A stretch of DNA of 64,000 bases, taken from contig MU053881.1 of NCBI GenBank assembly GCA_013239625.1, positions 12,910,879 to 12,974,878 on the forward strand, written 5' to 3'. Both the position numbers and the translations under genes were made by a program. Source of the stretch: Lama guanicoe (taxonomy: Eukaryota). The notes under the pieces are model-generated. The model was not told the DNA's origin. It worked only from the letters and a program-made list of their open reading frames with translations, and ran no database searches. Positions 47,957 through 62,463 of the stretch are shown here, piece after piece. Numbering within the stretch: the first letter of the stretch is position 1; each line of letters begins with the position of its first letter.

Positions 47957-50900
47957 GTAAGCAGAGAAAACAAGAGGATAACAAAGGCAGAAAGCTAAAC
48001 TGCAGTCTTCAGAATCCTGCTTTTAGCATGAAACATGCTTTGATAGATATATTTACATAATAAGTATATTTAAAAACACACTGTAGGTGAAAGAATTCAC
48101 TTGGTACAGTGAAAAACAGGCATTGCTCCTGTATTTGAATGCCTTTTATCATTAGGGTTTCAATTTTACTACATACTGTCTTATAACGTGTTATTTAATT
48201 TTTAAACTAATATGTGGTGTGTATACAAACATAAATATAAATTAAACATGCGTACATAATATGTAATGTGTGTATTCAGATATGTGTATATATACACATA
48301 TAAATATAAATTTACATCCATCACCTGTTTTGCATCCTGTAAGCTCTCTAACAGCAAGAGTTGTATATAGTATTTTTTTGCATACCCAACAGTAAATACT
48401 CCACAAAAATTGTGAAATATATAAATGTATGGATTGCAAACAATCACATAGTAAGCAGAGAATGTTCCTCTCTCTCAACCCTGCCATGTTTTCCCCTTGG
48501 TTTCTGCCGAGGGTTTCTTGTACTCTATTTTATATTTTCCATTATGACTACCTCCTTGCTGTCTAGGATTCTCATTACTGTGGGCTTGGAGAAGTGCAAC
48601 CAGTTAGTAAACATAATAATGAAAATGATGTCGACTTTCATGGAGTGCCGACTATATTGTTACAGTTAGTTGTTTATTACTTTACGAGTTGTTAAGAATG
48701 TTTATTCATACAACATTCTTACAAGGAATTATTGTTCTATTTTTATAGTTTACATATCTCAACCCAGAGAGGTATGTAATTTATCCAAGATCACACAACT
48801 GATACGCTGTAGGAACTAAGTTACGAATCTCTGGTTCTCTGTCTCAGAAATTTCCTTAGTATACTAGTTCAGAGTTTACAGAACACTTGTATGCATTATT
48901 GCATCTAAACCTCACAACTTCTTGGTGTGGTATATAGTTGCCAGGCTTCACAGATGAAAGAACTGAGACTCAGAGAGAGGTACAGAGACTTCCTTATGAC
49001 ATAGAGTGGAAGGGCAGTAGAATGTGCATTCCATTGCAGGTTCCTTTTTAAAATTCATTTATTCATTCATTCAGGTTCCTTTTAGCTACAGTATGGTTAC
49101 TCCACAAAGCTCTTTTGGATAGGCTCCTTTACTACTGGGATGTTGTGGTCAACTCTCAGTATTTCTTTGAGTAAATCTTACTGGGAATAAGGTTTAAGGG
49201 GAAAAAATATGTTTGTTTTGTCAAAGCAAGAAGTTTATATTACGGTTAAATATTTTTAATAAAGACCTTTTTTACTTTAATAAACTCTTACTTCCCATTT
49301 AAACACCAATTCATTATAACCATCCACACAGCCCCTTGATGAGAAGCAAATTAAGTTGTTTGAAAACAAATTCAGTAAGCTGTGTTTTTCCGTGGACCAG
49401 TGGCAGAGGGAAGAGAAAGTGATTGTGCCAGGCTGTTGGCTGACTCGAGCTAATGGCATTCAGTCTTGTGAAATGGATATTAATGATTCTACAGTGTTTA
49501 GCTTGGTTTGCTCTTGATGGATTTTCCCCTTCTGAATTAATGTCTGTCTACTCTTGATTAATTTAGAGTGATAGTACTTCAAGTCAGTTAATTACATTTT
49601 CTTTCTAAAGTTAAATATCATTCATTGTGATGAAGGCAGTCATTTTGATTTCTCAGAAAAATATTCCCTAAGTCCCTCAAGTATAGATCCCACAAAGCTA
49701 GTAGGAAAAGTTCCTCATTCAGGAAGTTTCCACCAAAGCCAGAGAAGCCTTGTCATAAATCTATTTAGAATCTCACCGTATACCTCCCAAGGCAGAGCTA
49801 TTTTAGATATATGTGGTGTATCTCAAACCAGAAACTTTCCCTTGCTAATGTATAAAATATTTTTTAAATGCCCTGCAAATTTTTTGCTCCAGGACGTGAC
49901 AATGTAGGTGAAAGTGTTTTAAAATAATTTGAGGTTGTTCCTAGAGGAGAGAAAATAGGGTACTATAAGGAGAACACTGGATTTAAAGTAAGTAAAGTCT
50001 AGATCTTTCTTCTAATACTAATTGAATCTGTGAGCTAACCTCTTCTATAAGTAAAACAGGCATTATTGTGTCTGCCCTCCTGATTTAAAAACTGTTGCAA
50101 GAACCGTGGGACCTTTGAAAGAATGTATCATTCAGTTTAAGTGTGCAATATTGTTATCACTGTTTTCCTGGACAGGAAATTAAGTGATGAGTTGTGAATG
50201 TGCCCTTGTTCCTTCCCCAGATCAGTTTATTTGGAGCAGTTTAGTAATCCCCAGCTCAGTCGTTCCACTGTTGGGCATGTTGTCAGACAAGACTCAAGTG
50301 ATCTTAAGTTCACTGTCTATAAAGTATACATATTTTACCTTTAAAATTGTAACTGTTCTCTTGGAAGCACATTTTTATAGGATTTAAAACAAAAAATAAA
50401 ACACTGATGTTCCAATGCCTGGCAAAACAGTACTGACCAATGATTTAGGACTTCGTATTTGGAGTCCTCTGACCTAGAATCGTATCAGAGGTTCTCTATT
50501 TTCATCTGGAAATCCTTGGGGAAGTTACCTAAACTGCCTTAACTTGCTAGGTCTGGTTCCTGATCTGTAAAATGTGGCTAGTAATGGCAACTCTCTTGTA
50601 GCACTGTTGAGAGGATTCAATAAAATCATGAATATAAAGGACCCAGCATAATTCCTCGCCTCACATTTTGCTCAATGAACAATCATTCTGTCTTCATATA
50701 CTGCGGTTTATTTTTGTAGGGAATTACTTTTCAGATAATATCAGTTGTTAAATGAATAAATTTACTCAGAGTTGTCTAAAAGCTGGTTCAGCCTCAGCAC
50801 CCATTAGCACTGCTCACAAAGTAGCCAGAGGCATTGCCTTGCAGTCCTCACTCACTCTGAGGTGTCTGTGGGCTGCACATCCCACTTTTCCTGTTTGTTG

Positions 50901-52019
50901 TGTGCTTCAAACCTTGTGTCAGATCATCACCATCTACCTTCCATTGGAAAAAATAAATTTTTCCCCTTAGATGCCTGAGTACGTATAGCGCTGTGCTTGG
51001 TACTTTGCCTAATGTATCTCGTTTTATCTTTATAACCACCCTGAAATGCAAATACTAGTACAGTTTTGCAATTGGAGATAGTGAAAGTTAAGTCGTTACC
51101 CAGGGTCACATGGGCAGAGTTTGTATCCCAACCGAAGGGCTCTTTACTCCAACCCTGCACAATTGAACTTGATTGTGCATCTGAAAACAGTCATTTTCTT
51201 AAAGATACAGGTTATTGAGAGACAGCTGTCTGGAAGGACGTCTACCCAAATATTAATTGGGATTTTGATATTTGGGAGGTAGGATTTCAAATAAAGTTTA
51301 GTTTCCTCCTTGTACTTTTAAAACATTTTAAATGCTTTTTCCAATGAGTGCACGTCTCTTCTTAGAAAATAGTATTTTTTAACTGACCAGTTGACCATGA
51401 GATTTCATCCCATTTCAGGTGATCCACAGGAACGGAAAAAGCTGTTCACTCAATTGAGGCTGGTTTTCAGGCTTACTGACTATCAAGCTGGACCAATAAC
51501 TATTGTTCATGCAAATAGAATTCTGTTTTTAGAAGAGGTGACTCATTATAAAGCAACGTGATTTGTCTGTCCCCACAGTCTGAAAATAAATGTGGAGGGA
51601 CAATAGAAAGAAGCCACAAGGCAAACACTTGTTTTGTCTTCAAACTTTGAAAGCTCTCTTGGCTGACATTAACAGTGGTTTTTTTGTTTTGTTTTGTTTT
51701 GTTTTGTTTTAATTGACAGAGGTTGCTTTGTAATTAACTTATACACCCAAAGATCTCTAGGGCCCCCAAACTGTGGGCTCTGTGAAAGCAGATGATGAAA
51801 ATATGTGTCTTTTTTTTTCTTTCTGACAGTAAAGGCTCTCTGTGAGATGTCTCCAGTGCTCTCCTTCCAAGAAACTGCCCATTTCCAAATTTAGCCTACT
51901 GGGGAGCCGTGAAAAGAGAGTGGAATTCAGAGTCAGAAGACCCAGGTATGAGTCTTGGCTTTATCACTAATTAGTTGTGCCTTTGATCATACATTAATAA
52001 TGTCTCTGCACGTCACATT

Positions 52020-53070
52020 CTTCATCATTTATTCATTCATTTAACAAATATTTATTGAATTCATGTTATGTGCCAATTATTTTTCTACTTGCTGGGGATA
52101 TACTGCTGATAAAAAATCAATAGAGTTCATGATCTCTTACCATCTACATTCTAGTGGGTCTTGGTCAAGACTTGGTCAAATATTCACACTGAGGAGCATA
52201 AATCTGCAAGGTATATAATAAATTTTCTAAAGGGAACATTCCTGTAATGGTATTTGTGCGAGGGGAGTAATTTGAGGAAGCGTTTGCTGAGACAGTGATG
52301 CTTAGCTGAGATTGCAAGAAAGTGAAAACCACCTTGGGGGAGAGGGAAAGGGAGTAAGACAGGAAAGACTGTTCCCCACAGAAGTGTAAAGGGTGTGTAA
52401 ATGCCCTGTGGGAGGAGGGGGTGTGGCTTATTGAAGACACTGTGCATTGCTGGGAGCTTGGTGTACGTAGGAGAATGGTGACAGGTAACGCGGTGGCGAA
52501 GGGGCAGTGGGGCTCCTCAGACGTCCACTTACTCGTGTGGTACGTACCCCTCCTCCCTTTCAGTGGGGTGAGCTCTGTGGGTGATGCCATATCCGTGCTG
52601 AGGGATAAAGCCCCTGCGCAGTTACCTAGGTCCTCTTCCCCTCCTGTGAGGAATTAAACCTTGTGTTGAGATGGCAAAGCCTCCAAAGCTATGTGGCTTG
52701 GATGTGACTCACTGTCTGGAGGACAACTGATCTGGAGGGATGAATGGTTCTGTGGCAAACTTTGAGTAAGTAAAAAATAAAAATCTGCTACGTTAGGCCG
52801 CTGACATTTTGGGGTCGTTTATTACTGTAGCACAACAAAGCCTAGCCTGACTGTTACAGGTGATGTCTGGCTACGTGGGGCCTTCCAGACCAAATTAATG
52901 ATTCAGGTCATTTTTCTGAGACCAGTGGGAAGGTACTGAATTATATTAAAAAGAGCAGAAATTATCAGGCATTTTTCTTTGGAAAAAAAATCATTCTGTC
53001 ATAAATACTTGAAGGAACGACGAGGAGAGTGAAGTTGAGACAGTTGTGGTAACTGTAAGGTCAGCGATGC
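52020..53070. mobile_element. L2 fragment interrupted by an MLT-type LTR (~52520-52860)
   Basis: L2 tail ttcattcatttaacaaatatttattga; LTR end ttggggtcgtttattactgtagcacaacaaagcctagcctgactgttaca; L2 resumes after it. Confidence 0.65.
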
Positions 53071-56000
53071 TGGTACCGTCCTCGCGGGAACACTGAAGGG
53101 TCCCAGTAAGAAAAATTAAACCTGGAGATTTACACAACGCAAACCATCAAGCGAACATTCTGGACTTTTGACTTGAATCTATTGCCCCAGCTCCTGCTTT
53201 CTCTTAACCCCAGAAGCCAGCATCTTTGATCAAGCTGCCGTTCTCTGTGTGGTTGTGACCCACATACTGAGAAGTAGTTCTGTGACAGTGGCTGGGCTGC
53301 TCTGCCCTGCAGTCAATAGCAGTTTGGTGTATATGGATCTGAGAGTGGAACGTTGCTTAATGGGAAAGTCCTCACATGTTTCAGAACCAAGTTTTCAATG
53401 TGCACCCTTGTTGAGATGCCGGTATGTGTTACTTTAACTGAATCAGAAATAAGATGTTCTCATTTCTTTGTCTTTTGCTAATCAGTGAAAGTTTTGATTG
53501 ATAAACGCATTTGGATCCTGGCTGAGTAACGTGGTAAACTTTAGAAAATGAGCTTTTTATGATACTTTGTTTTGACCATGTTTCTACGGAGCAAATAATG
53601 GAGAATCTTGATTCTGTGCTCTGTGAAGTTAACAAAAAAGAAAAAAAAAGGAGGGACATTAACTCAACAGTGTACAAAAAATAGTATTATTATTTGGTAA
53701 ATTTGTTTGAGGTGCTCTGTAGGGGGAAGAGGCTGACCAGAAGCAGACACAGCCTCCACCCTCCCTGCGTTCACAGCCCCAGGTAGGGGATTGGACCACT
53801 GTAGCTGTCTTTGTTAGTCAAATTTGGTTTTACTAATGAAGGAGAAGTAACCTAACTTGTTGCTGTTTATTAACCATCTAATAGATGGTAGAGCTTGTCG
53901 TAGGGCATTTTTAATCATTAAATAATTTAATTTTTAATACTTACCATTTAATTTTTATAATAACAACACAAATTGTCCCCTGTGTGCCAGACAATGTGCT
54001 AAGAGTTTTATATACATTGTTTTAGTGACTCCGTACTACAGCCTTGGGAAAAAGAGGTTATTAACCACATTCCACAGAAGAGGGAGTTCAGGCTCAGAGA
54101 CAGTGCCTCGATATCTCTAAGACTGTATGTGATACGCAGCCCGTACCCTTGCCTTTTCTTCTGCTACCATGTGTAGCAGTGTCCCTCAGGGTTGTCTCCT
54201 CCAATAAGATGTCAAGATGACTTTTAGACTTATATCTAAAACTGTATTCAGCAGGATGCTGTATGGCAGGATGTTATTGATGTTTTGGAAAGTAAGTTTC
54301 CATAAGTGTATCCCCACAAAAAGTTTGGGTACAAGATACAGTTACAATTATCCCTTTACCACTTCCCCTTATAGAAATTATGTTTATCTGTTTTGCATAT
54401 TTCTAAGAAAAGACATGGTATGCAGCATCTTCTAAAGTTACTTGATTCGTGGGGCATCTCAAGGATACTGCGTTCTTCAGAACACACTTTGGTTTATGTG
54501 CTGCCCAGCACACTCTTTGGTCTCCTAAACTTTCTTCTTACTGCCCCACGTCTCACCATGACAGGCTCCGAGGTCAGGATGGTACTGTCCATTGTAGCTG
54601 AGGAGAGGTCAGAAAATCCCTGAGGGGAGGGAAGAACTCTTTAGTTACATCCTCTTCAGCCTGGGATGGTAACTGTGGCACCTTCCATAGGTGCAAGGAT
54701 ATTTTAAAACCGTCTAAGACTTAACTACTCTCTTCATATCAAATCAAGATTGCAGCAGCAGAAACCATCTATAGCTGATTAATACACCAAACAAATGCAC
54801 TGAAAGGATATTGAAGAGTTGAGGGAATTACTGAGGAGGCTGTAGAATAGTGTTTGGGACTGTGTCCTGAGCCAGTGCAGAACCAGTTGCGGTAGCACTG
54901 GGATCTCAAAGTCCTGGTCCCTGGAGCTTGTCCCGTCGGTCCCAAGGCTCAGCTCACTGCGTCGCCAGCAGCTCTGCTGTCACTGGTTCCTCAGGGAACT
55001 AGCCCTCCTACCTCTACCACTAGGACAGCAGAATCCCTCCTGGTCCCTGTGGCTGTTGGCTTGGTTCACCCAGTTGATGGAGTTTAACACTGGTGCCTGA
55101 TTCATGGCTGCAAAGGAGGCTTCAGAAAATAACTGTCTGCCATCTCCATCTTTCATAACGCAGGAGGCAGGTTTTGCCTTACAGTGAACATAGTTCAGAG
55201 AACAGACAGCTGAAATGAATGTGTTGACAAATTTATCATTCTGTATATAATTTTCCAGTTTAAAACACATACTTATGTTGTTTCGGTGAACTGTACTTGA
55301 CGTTGTAAATTTTTTATGCCCATTTTTGAAAGTGGTAACAGGTAAGAACAGTACTTAGATCAAGATTTGGAACATGATAGGTACTTAATAAGCATTTGAT
55401 GAATGAGTATCCATAAAATTCAGATACAAACCTGGGGCTATATTGTAGAGTCAGAACTGGGATACAAATGCAAGTCTTACTTCTAGTCTTTGGGGTTTTG
55501 ATCTCCTCATAGAAACACTATTATACTGACTATTAATTAGTAGTATTTTTTCTACTACTTACAGAAGAATTAAAGATGCCAACATGTTCTAGACATGTGA
55601 AAACTGCTAGAGTTCTCAGTGGGGTATGAGCTTATATGGGTAGCATGATTTCCTTACAGTTCTTACTATCTTCAATTCAACAAGATTGAATGAATCACTT
55701 ATTTTATCACTTGGTTGGCATAGTTAGTTTACTGGTTGTGGAGGGTAGGAAGCAAAGAAACCCCTTGGATTCCATTTAATTAGCACAGAATATCATTTAT
55801 TGAACGCTGACTTTGTGCATAGCATCTGGCTTTTAGATTTAAAGAGTGACTGCACTAGAGGACAGGTAAGCGTTTTTTTAGAAGGCTCGGGTTGGCATTC
55901 CTATCGTAAGCTACCTGAAAAATAAACGTAAATTGGTTACCCAGAAAGTTTTATACATTTTGGACTTTCAAAATTTCCTAGTTATTTCAACTGTCTTTGA

Positions 56001-58447
56001 TGGAAGGTAATCTATGTAAAGAAATTTAAATAAACAGAACCCTCACAAAACTATGGTATTCTGAATCATTCATCCATGAGGAAAGAATCGAGGCTCTAAT
56101 TTTAAATGATGCAACAGAAATAAAAACACCATGGGGGACATGCAGTGCAGGTGATAAGGAAGTGTACCCATGCTTTGATGAAAAACAGCCTGGGAAACCC
56201 AAACCCCTTCATCTCAGAAACAGCTGTCTCTGTTTCTGAGTGCAAAGCTCCCTGAAGCTCAGGAACACTCCCACTCAGGCTCTTGCTCACAACTCACCAG
56301 TATTCCTGTCCTGAAGCCCTCTTCCGAGGCCCAGTACATCTGTGGTGTGAGTCACATCTGAGCACCCAATGACTTTTCTAGAGAGAAAGAAATAGCCGTT
56401 AACAAGTTTGACCTGGAGTGATGTTGTGGATGAGTTAGTGTCACTTCATTTGCTCTCAGTTTTCTTTCTTTTGTGTAATTCTAGATGTTGAGTTGTATTT
56501 TCCTTGACAGTTAAAATTTTAAAAATTATGTACCTTTTATGTAGTAAGAGCTAGGTTTTATGTGCATCGGTTCATTTAATCCATATGACGGAGACGAGGG
56601 TCAGTGTTCTTACCTTCACTACACAGATAAGGAGACATGACTAGTGAGTTATGGTGGCATAATCCAGGTCACACGGATAATAAACTCAGAAAGCACAATT
56701 TGAATCCAGCTCCACTTGTCACCAAAGGGTTTGTACCCAGATCTGGTTGAATTCAAATGTCAACTTAAAATGTCCCACTGTGATAATAATAACTATTTAT
56801 TAAGTGAGCATCTATCTATCTATTTTTATCAATCTATTTATATGTAACTACTGTAGTTTGAGAAATGAAGAATGGAAGGGAATAAGTAAGGCTAGTCACT
56901 AACATGTGTAATGCACTGTTTTCCTGCCTGGAGATCCTTCTCACATTCATGGCTGAGTAATTCCGATTTATACTTAATGCTCAAAGCAGTTATCACTAGC
57001 TCTGTTTTCAGTAGATGCCCCTCTTCTCTGTACTTCGATTTATTACAGCACTTATCATAATTAATTGCCATTTACTATATATTCACTTACATTACTATCC
57101 TTAAACTATCAGCTTCTGGAGAATTAGGACTGTATCTTATTCCCCTTTTCTCAGCAAATGACAAAATGCCCAGCCTCTTGAGTAAAGAATGATTGATAAT
57201 TGGTCACAGATTTGCTTGTCATATAACACGTGGATTCCAGTATTTGGGTCCCTCATTTTGGGGTTGCATTCACATACACTGGTCATTTTGCCAGATTAGA
57301 AACAGCAAACTCTGGATTGAAAGTGGTCTTTGGTATCCTCCCCCACCCCAAAAAACACAGTTTTTTTTCATTGAAGTTTGAAGGTTTACGTAGGTTCTAA
57401 TTCTCTTTACCATTCTATAATGATTGCAACTCAGTATGCACATTTATGGTACCCCCATAAATATCTGCGTCTGCTACTTCTGCTCTAGTTATTCCTCTAT
57501 TAACCTAACTAGGAATTTGTATATTACACATCTAATAGGCTAGCCCATTTGGTTTAATGAGAATTTGGATTCACTCCCAGAATAAGTTAGATTTTTTTTT
57601 GTCTGATCTGTGTCCTTGCATTATGTTCCTAAACCATCAATATTATAAATGCATGAATTTCTTCAACACCATTCCATCCTCCGTATGTGTATATATACAC
57701 ACACACTAACAATGACAACAAGCAAACAAAAATTAACTGAAAGAATCTACCATAGTGATAGTGATCTCTCCATTTTAAAATTGCCATTATATGTTAGAAA
57801 TTAACTGTCTCCTGAATAAATACACCCAAGAGTAGATTGCCTAATCATATTATTTCTAATGGTAAATATTCCTTGGAAATGGGCACACTGCTTATAATTA
57901 AATGAGTGTGGCTAAGTTTCCTTTGCCTTGATTGTGGATTACTAATTAGGGATATTATTCATATTTCAAGACAATTAAATCAATGTGTTCTTTAGACTAG
58001 TGCTCAGGATTCTGGGGTTTTTTGATTTTTTAATTTATTTTCTTGGTTCAAGATCTTCAAAGGATGAATCATATATAATGCCTTGAATTTTGAAGCATTG
58101 GCCAAAATAATCATTATGATTCATGTCATGTAACTAGTAAGGAATGGTTATTTCTTCCTTCCCTCTATCTCCCAGAGAGAGGGCAGGCAGATAAAAATGT
58201 ACTCCTCCTTTGAAAAACTCATATATAATTGAGTAGAATAATATGGAAATACTGAGACGGATTTTTCACTTGAAATAATAACAGATCCTTCAAAAGTTCA
58301 CATGGGAAGAAATTCTCACTAGAGTCCATTTGTTGGGGAAGAGAAGGACTGGGAAGATGAAAGAATTGCCCCATGTTTTTCCTTAGTCATTCTGTCTCAT
58401 TGGTTTATAGTTGGAAGCAGTACATAATACAGTATTTAAAATTACAT

Positions 58448-58539
58448 GGGGGTGGGGTGGATATATAGCTCAGGGGTAGAGCACAAGCTTAGCGTGCATG
58501 AGGTCCTGAGTTCAATCCCTAGTACTTCCAATAAAAAAA
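58448..58539 (+). mobile_element. tRNA-derived SINE (short Vic-1-like copy)
   Basis: tatagctcaggggtagagc...gagttcaatccctagtac followed by an A tail. Confidence 0.85.
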
Positions 58540-61500
58540 ATTTGTATATGTGTGGCTTAAATAACAATCAGGGTGAAAAAGTATGTCACTATAAAGGGTT
58601 AGCTTTTAAGCATTTATCTACCTTGTCATTGTCAACGAGGATCATGATGATACACAGATGCTTTTAACTTTAGAAATTATGGAATGGTTTCAGCCAGGAC
58701 TGCGATAATTGACATCCCGTGTTTATTATGTGCCTACGAAGTATGAGTGACAGTGTTCACCACTCTAGGCTCCTCTTAGGATAAAATTGGCGCTACCCAC
58801 AAAAGTGCCCTTTCTGGCTTCATGTGGTTTATAGTAGTTCACTTATATTTATGTTTTGTATGTTTTGCATATTTGACTAGAATACTGGTTTTGTTTGTTT
58901 TCTAGTTACAAAAGTAACTTATGAGTCTTGAAGCACAAATTAGTAGTAGTGACTGGACAGAAGCCCATTTTTATAAGTATACACAGAATTTTATCTATGT
59001 GATTCTCCTATTGTTTGATAGTTATGCTATCCTTAATCTTTCATTTTTGTTAAAATAAACTGATGCAGTGGACAGCCACTAAAAGGAAAAGTGTTGAGTC
59101 AGAAGCCAAGCATGCTATAAAAATTTTTGTACATGTTGGCTAAAGTATATTCCAACACTGACTCTACCAACTTTAAATTTATTCTATTTGGAATTCATTT
59201 TGATATTTTTTGTAATGCAAGGAACTTACTCTTTTTTTTTTAATAGTCAGAAAATTAACCCAGAATCGTTAGGAAGTTCATCTTTCCCTTGACAATCTGA
59301 AATGTTACCTTTATACTCATTTAAATCCTGTATTTGCTTGAATCTAAATTTTCTACTTTGTTTCATTAATCAACCTGTCTTATTCTTGTTCTAGTGCCAC
59401 ATTGTTTTGATTATTACAGTTTCAAGCCCACTTAATATTAAATACATTGCATCATGCATTAAATCACATTTTGAATTTCTTTCTTGGTCCAGATTCTTAC
59501 CCAAATGATGCAGGAGGTCAGAAGGGATATGATAAGGACATTCTTAATTCACACCTGCTGTCACACCGTCCCAATATAGCAGTCTCACTTCTTATAAGAA
59601 TGTTACCTGCTATGTTGCAAATGTATGCAGACTATTTTTTCATAATGTACAGAAATTTTAAGCCTTGATAAAACACTTCCTTATGTTTATTTTTTGAAGC
59701 TAAAGTGAGAAATGCGGTAGAATCCTATGCAAGTTTTCATGCAACATCTTTTAATTTTGTTGGAAATGCAAAGATCGTGTGACATAGGAGATGAGTGGGT
59801 AGCAGGTGAGTTTCAGTCTCCCCACTTGTTAGTGTGTAACTTCGGTTGAACTCCTTAGCCTTATGAGCCTCATTTCCCAGTAAAGTGGGGACATGAAGAG
59901 TTTTTATCGCATATCCTTTTTTCTAGTAAGCACTCAAAAAAGGTAGATATTACTGTTACTATTACCTGCATTTGAATTTCCAGGGTGTCACAAACAAAAG
60001 GATAGGTTAAAGGAAGGCAACTAGCCTTCTGAGCATTTAAGATAGGTTTGATGGTGATCGATTCCTACTAGGAGAAAGTCAGAAAGCCATCAGCAGGAAG
60101 AAAAATAAGGAAATAATTGTTTTTCAAATTTTATATGTATTTTCTGTTTTTACAAAATCGGTTGTATAAAACACTCCACAAGAATGCAGTTTTAAGGTTG
60201 TGTTTCCAACTGTGTGTTCTAAAAGAAAAAAATATATAGCAATTTGGGGAAAAAAGAACATAATGCTTAAGTGTGGCGAGTGACTGTTTAAAGAAGCTGA
60301 AAGAACACAGAGCAGACATTTCTGTCGCATTTAAGATATGTCGTATTTTGACCTAAACCATAATATTCAGGATACTTTGTGCAACTTTTCCAATTATGTA
60401 TGTATTATAGCTCTAAAAAAAATGGAGAAAGAAGGGGAGAAAGAACAAGAGAAGGAGTGTCTGCCTATTTACCTGCCTCAGTGAGCCGGGCTGGCCAGGG
60501 TTCCAGAGCAGGCCTCAGCTCCTGGTCCAGGCTGCCGTATTGACAGGGGCTGAGACCTGGCCTCTGCCCTGCTTTGTCAAGGAGACTTCAAATCACGGTC
60601 CCCTGAGCCTTGGGAGAAGGGAGCAGCATGCCCTGCTTGTGGTGAGAAAAATAAATCCTTGGCCAAAGGCACAGGCTGCAGACTCACCACTCACCCCATC
60701 CTCGGCCCTGCAGAGCTTCTGTCAGCTTTGATTAGCTTTTCTGACTCTGAGCTTCCTGGGCTCTAAACATTGCTCCATCCCCTTAGCCCTCCTTGCTCCT
60801 CCTGTACTTGATTCCCTTTACTGTGCGATGGGCTGTCACAGCTGGCTGATCAGACCACCACCCATCAGCTCCTTTTACCCAGACCCCTGGCTGACCTTGT
60901 TCTGTCTCTGACTCGCCCGTCCTTCTAGTCCTCCTGCAGCTGCATCTCCTGCCCTGCTGTCTGATCCCAATGCTTGTCTAATCAGCACGTGAGACAGTTT
61001 GATTAGCTGCTGCTTCCTCTCAGGCTGCCAGCTGTTCCTGCTGCTACCAGCTGTGCGGGGGCCTGAGAGTAACTCACTGTCCGTTCCTTCTGACCCTCCA
61101 TTAGGGCTGCTGGCTGATCACCTCCATGTGACTCCCTGATCTACCGCAGTCTCCCTCTGCCATAGTCCTCTGATGGCCTCCTGGCATCTTCCCTCTCTGT
61201 CTCCTATGTGATTAACCATTCTGGTGTCCTGTAGCAAGCACTTTATCACTAGCCTTTTAGGCTAGGGGTACCTGGGGGGTACCTTTGGCAAGTAATAACA
61301 CGTTCGTGCAGGCAGAGTTCAAGCGCCCACTTCACAGCTTCCCCCAGATCCCAGCAGCTGGCGTTGCTGCCTGACTGTCTCCTGAGCTCCATCAGCCGTC
61401 CCACCGTGCTTCCTGGGGCAGCCTGACTTGTAGGGTTTTCCCACTGATATTTGAGATGTTCCCTGAGCATCATCTTCCTCCTCATTTTCCTCTCAGTGAC

Positions 61501-62463
61501 ACTTCTTTATCATAGTCACTGTTCCAAACCGAGCCTCTGTGAGGATTATTTGAATAAGAAGGGTGACAGGGTCTGATTTGCATGCTAGAACCATTTTGGT
61601 TTTGGATGAAGAATAATTGCACGGATGCAACTGTGGGAATAGGGAAACTAGTTAAAAGGCTATTATATTCATTGTTCCTAAAAATAAGGATGACTTGGAC
61701 AAGAGGGGATCTGTGAAAGTGATGAGAAATGGTCAGATTTGGGATATATTTTGAAAATAGAGACCGTGGAACTGACTGGTGGGTTATGTGTGGTTGTGAA
61801 GGAAAGAGGAATCTCCAAAGTGGATACTAGGTGAATAAATCAAATGAAAACGTGCTGGAGAAACCTTTTCAAGGTTTAGCATAAGTACTTTGTACCACGT
61901 ACAGTGTCTGGCACAGAGTAAACTTCCGGTAAGTCATAGGAATTGTTTTTATTCTTATTATTATCCTTACTTTACAAACATGTTTTAAACCCTAAACAGG
62001 AGAATGTGTCAGGGAGCATTCTTGGCTCCATAATAAATGTAAATTTCAAAAAAAAAGACAACTTCCCTCATAGTGGTTTGTCTATATGTGATCAGTAGCT
62101 CTCCCTTGCTTCTGTCTGTGTTTTTTTTTTCCAGTAATTTACATTTTAGCAGACCTGTCTCACATCTCTTACCTGTTCTACTTTTAATCTTCATTCTACC
62201 ATAGGCTTATTTCTACATTCACCACCTTCACAATTTCTTCTCTGTTCACTTACTTATATTCCTTGTGGAAGCTTGGGCTCCATATGGAATCTTCTGCTAC
62301 ATTTTATATTCTTCCAACCTATTTGGTACATCAGTTATAGTAATTCTGTAAAATAACATGCATCTGTTAAAAAGAATAAAGTGGATTCACATGGACTAAC
62401 ATCAGTAGATTTTCCAAGTTAAAAAAAAAAAAAGAGCAGGTTACAGAAAAAAATGTAAAGTAG

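Noticed and set aside
51830..51945. Plus-strand exon candidate (ttctgacAG ... CAG|GTATGA)
   Set aside because: Stops in all three frames and the donor lies in a MIR; at most a non-coding or cryptic exon.
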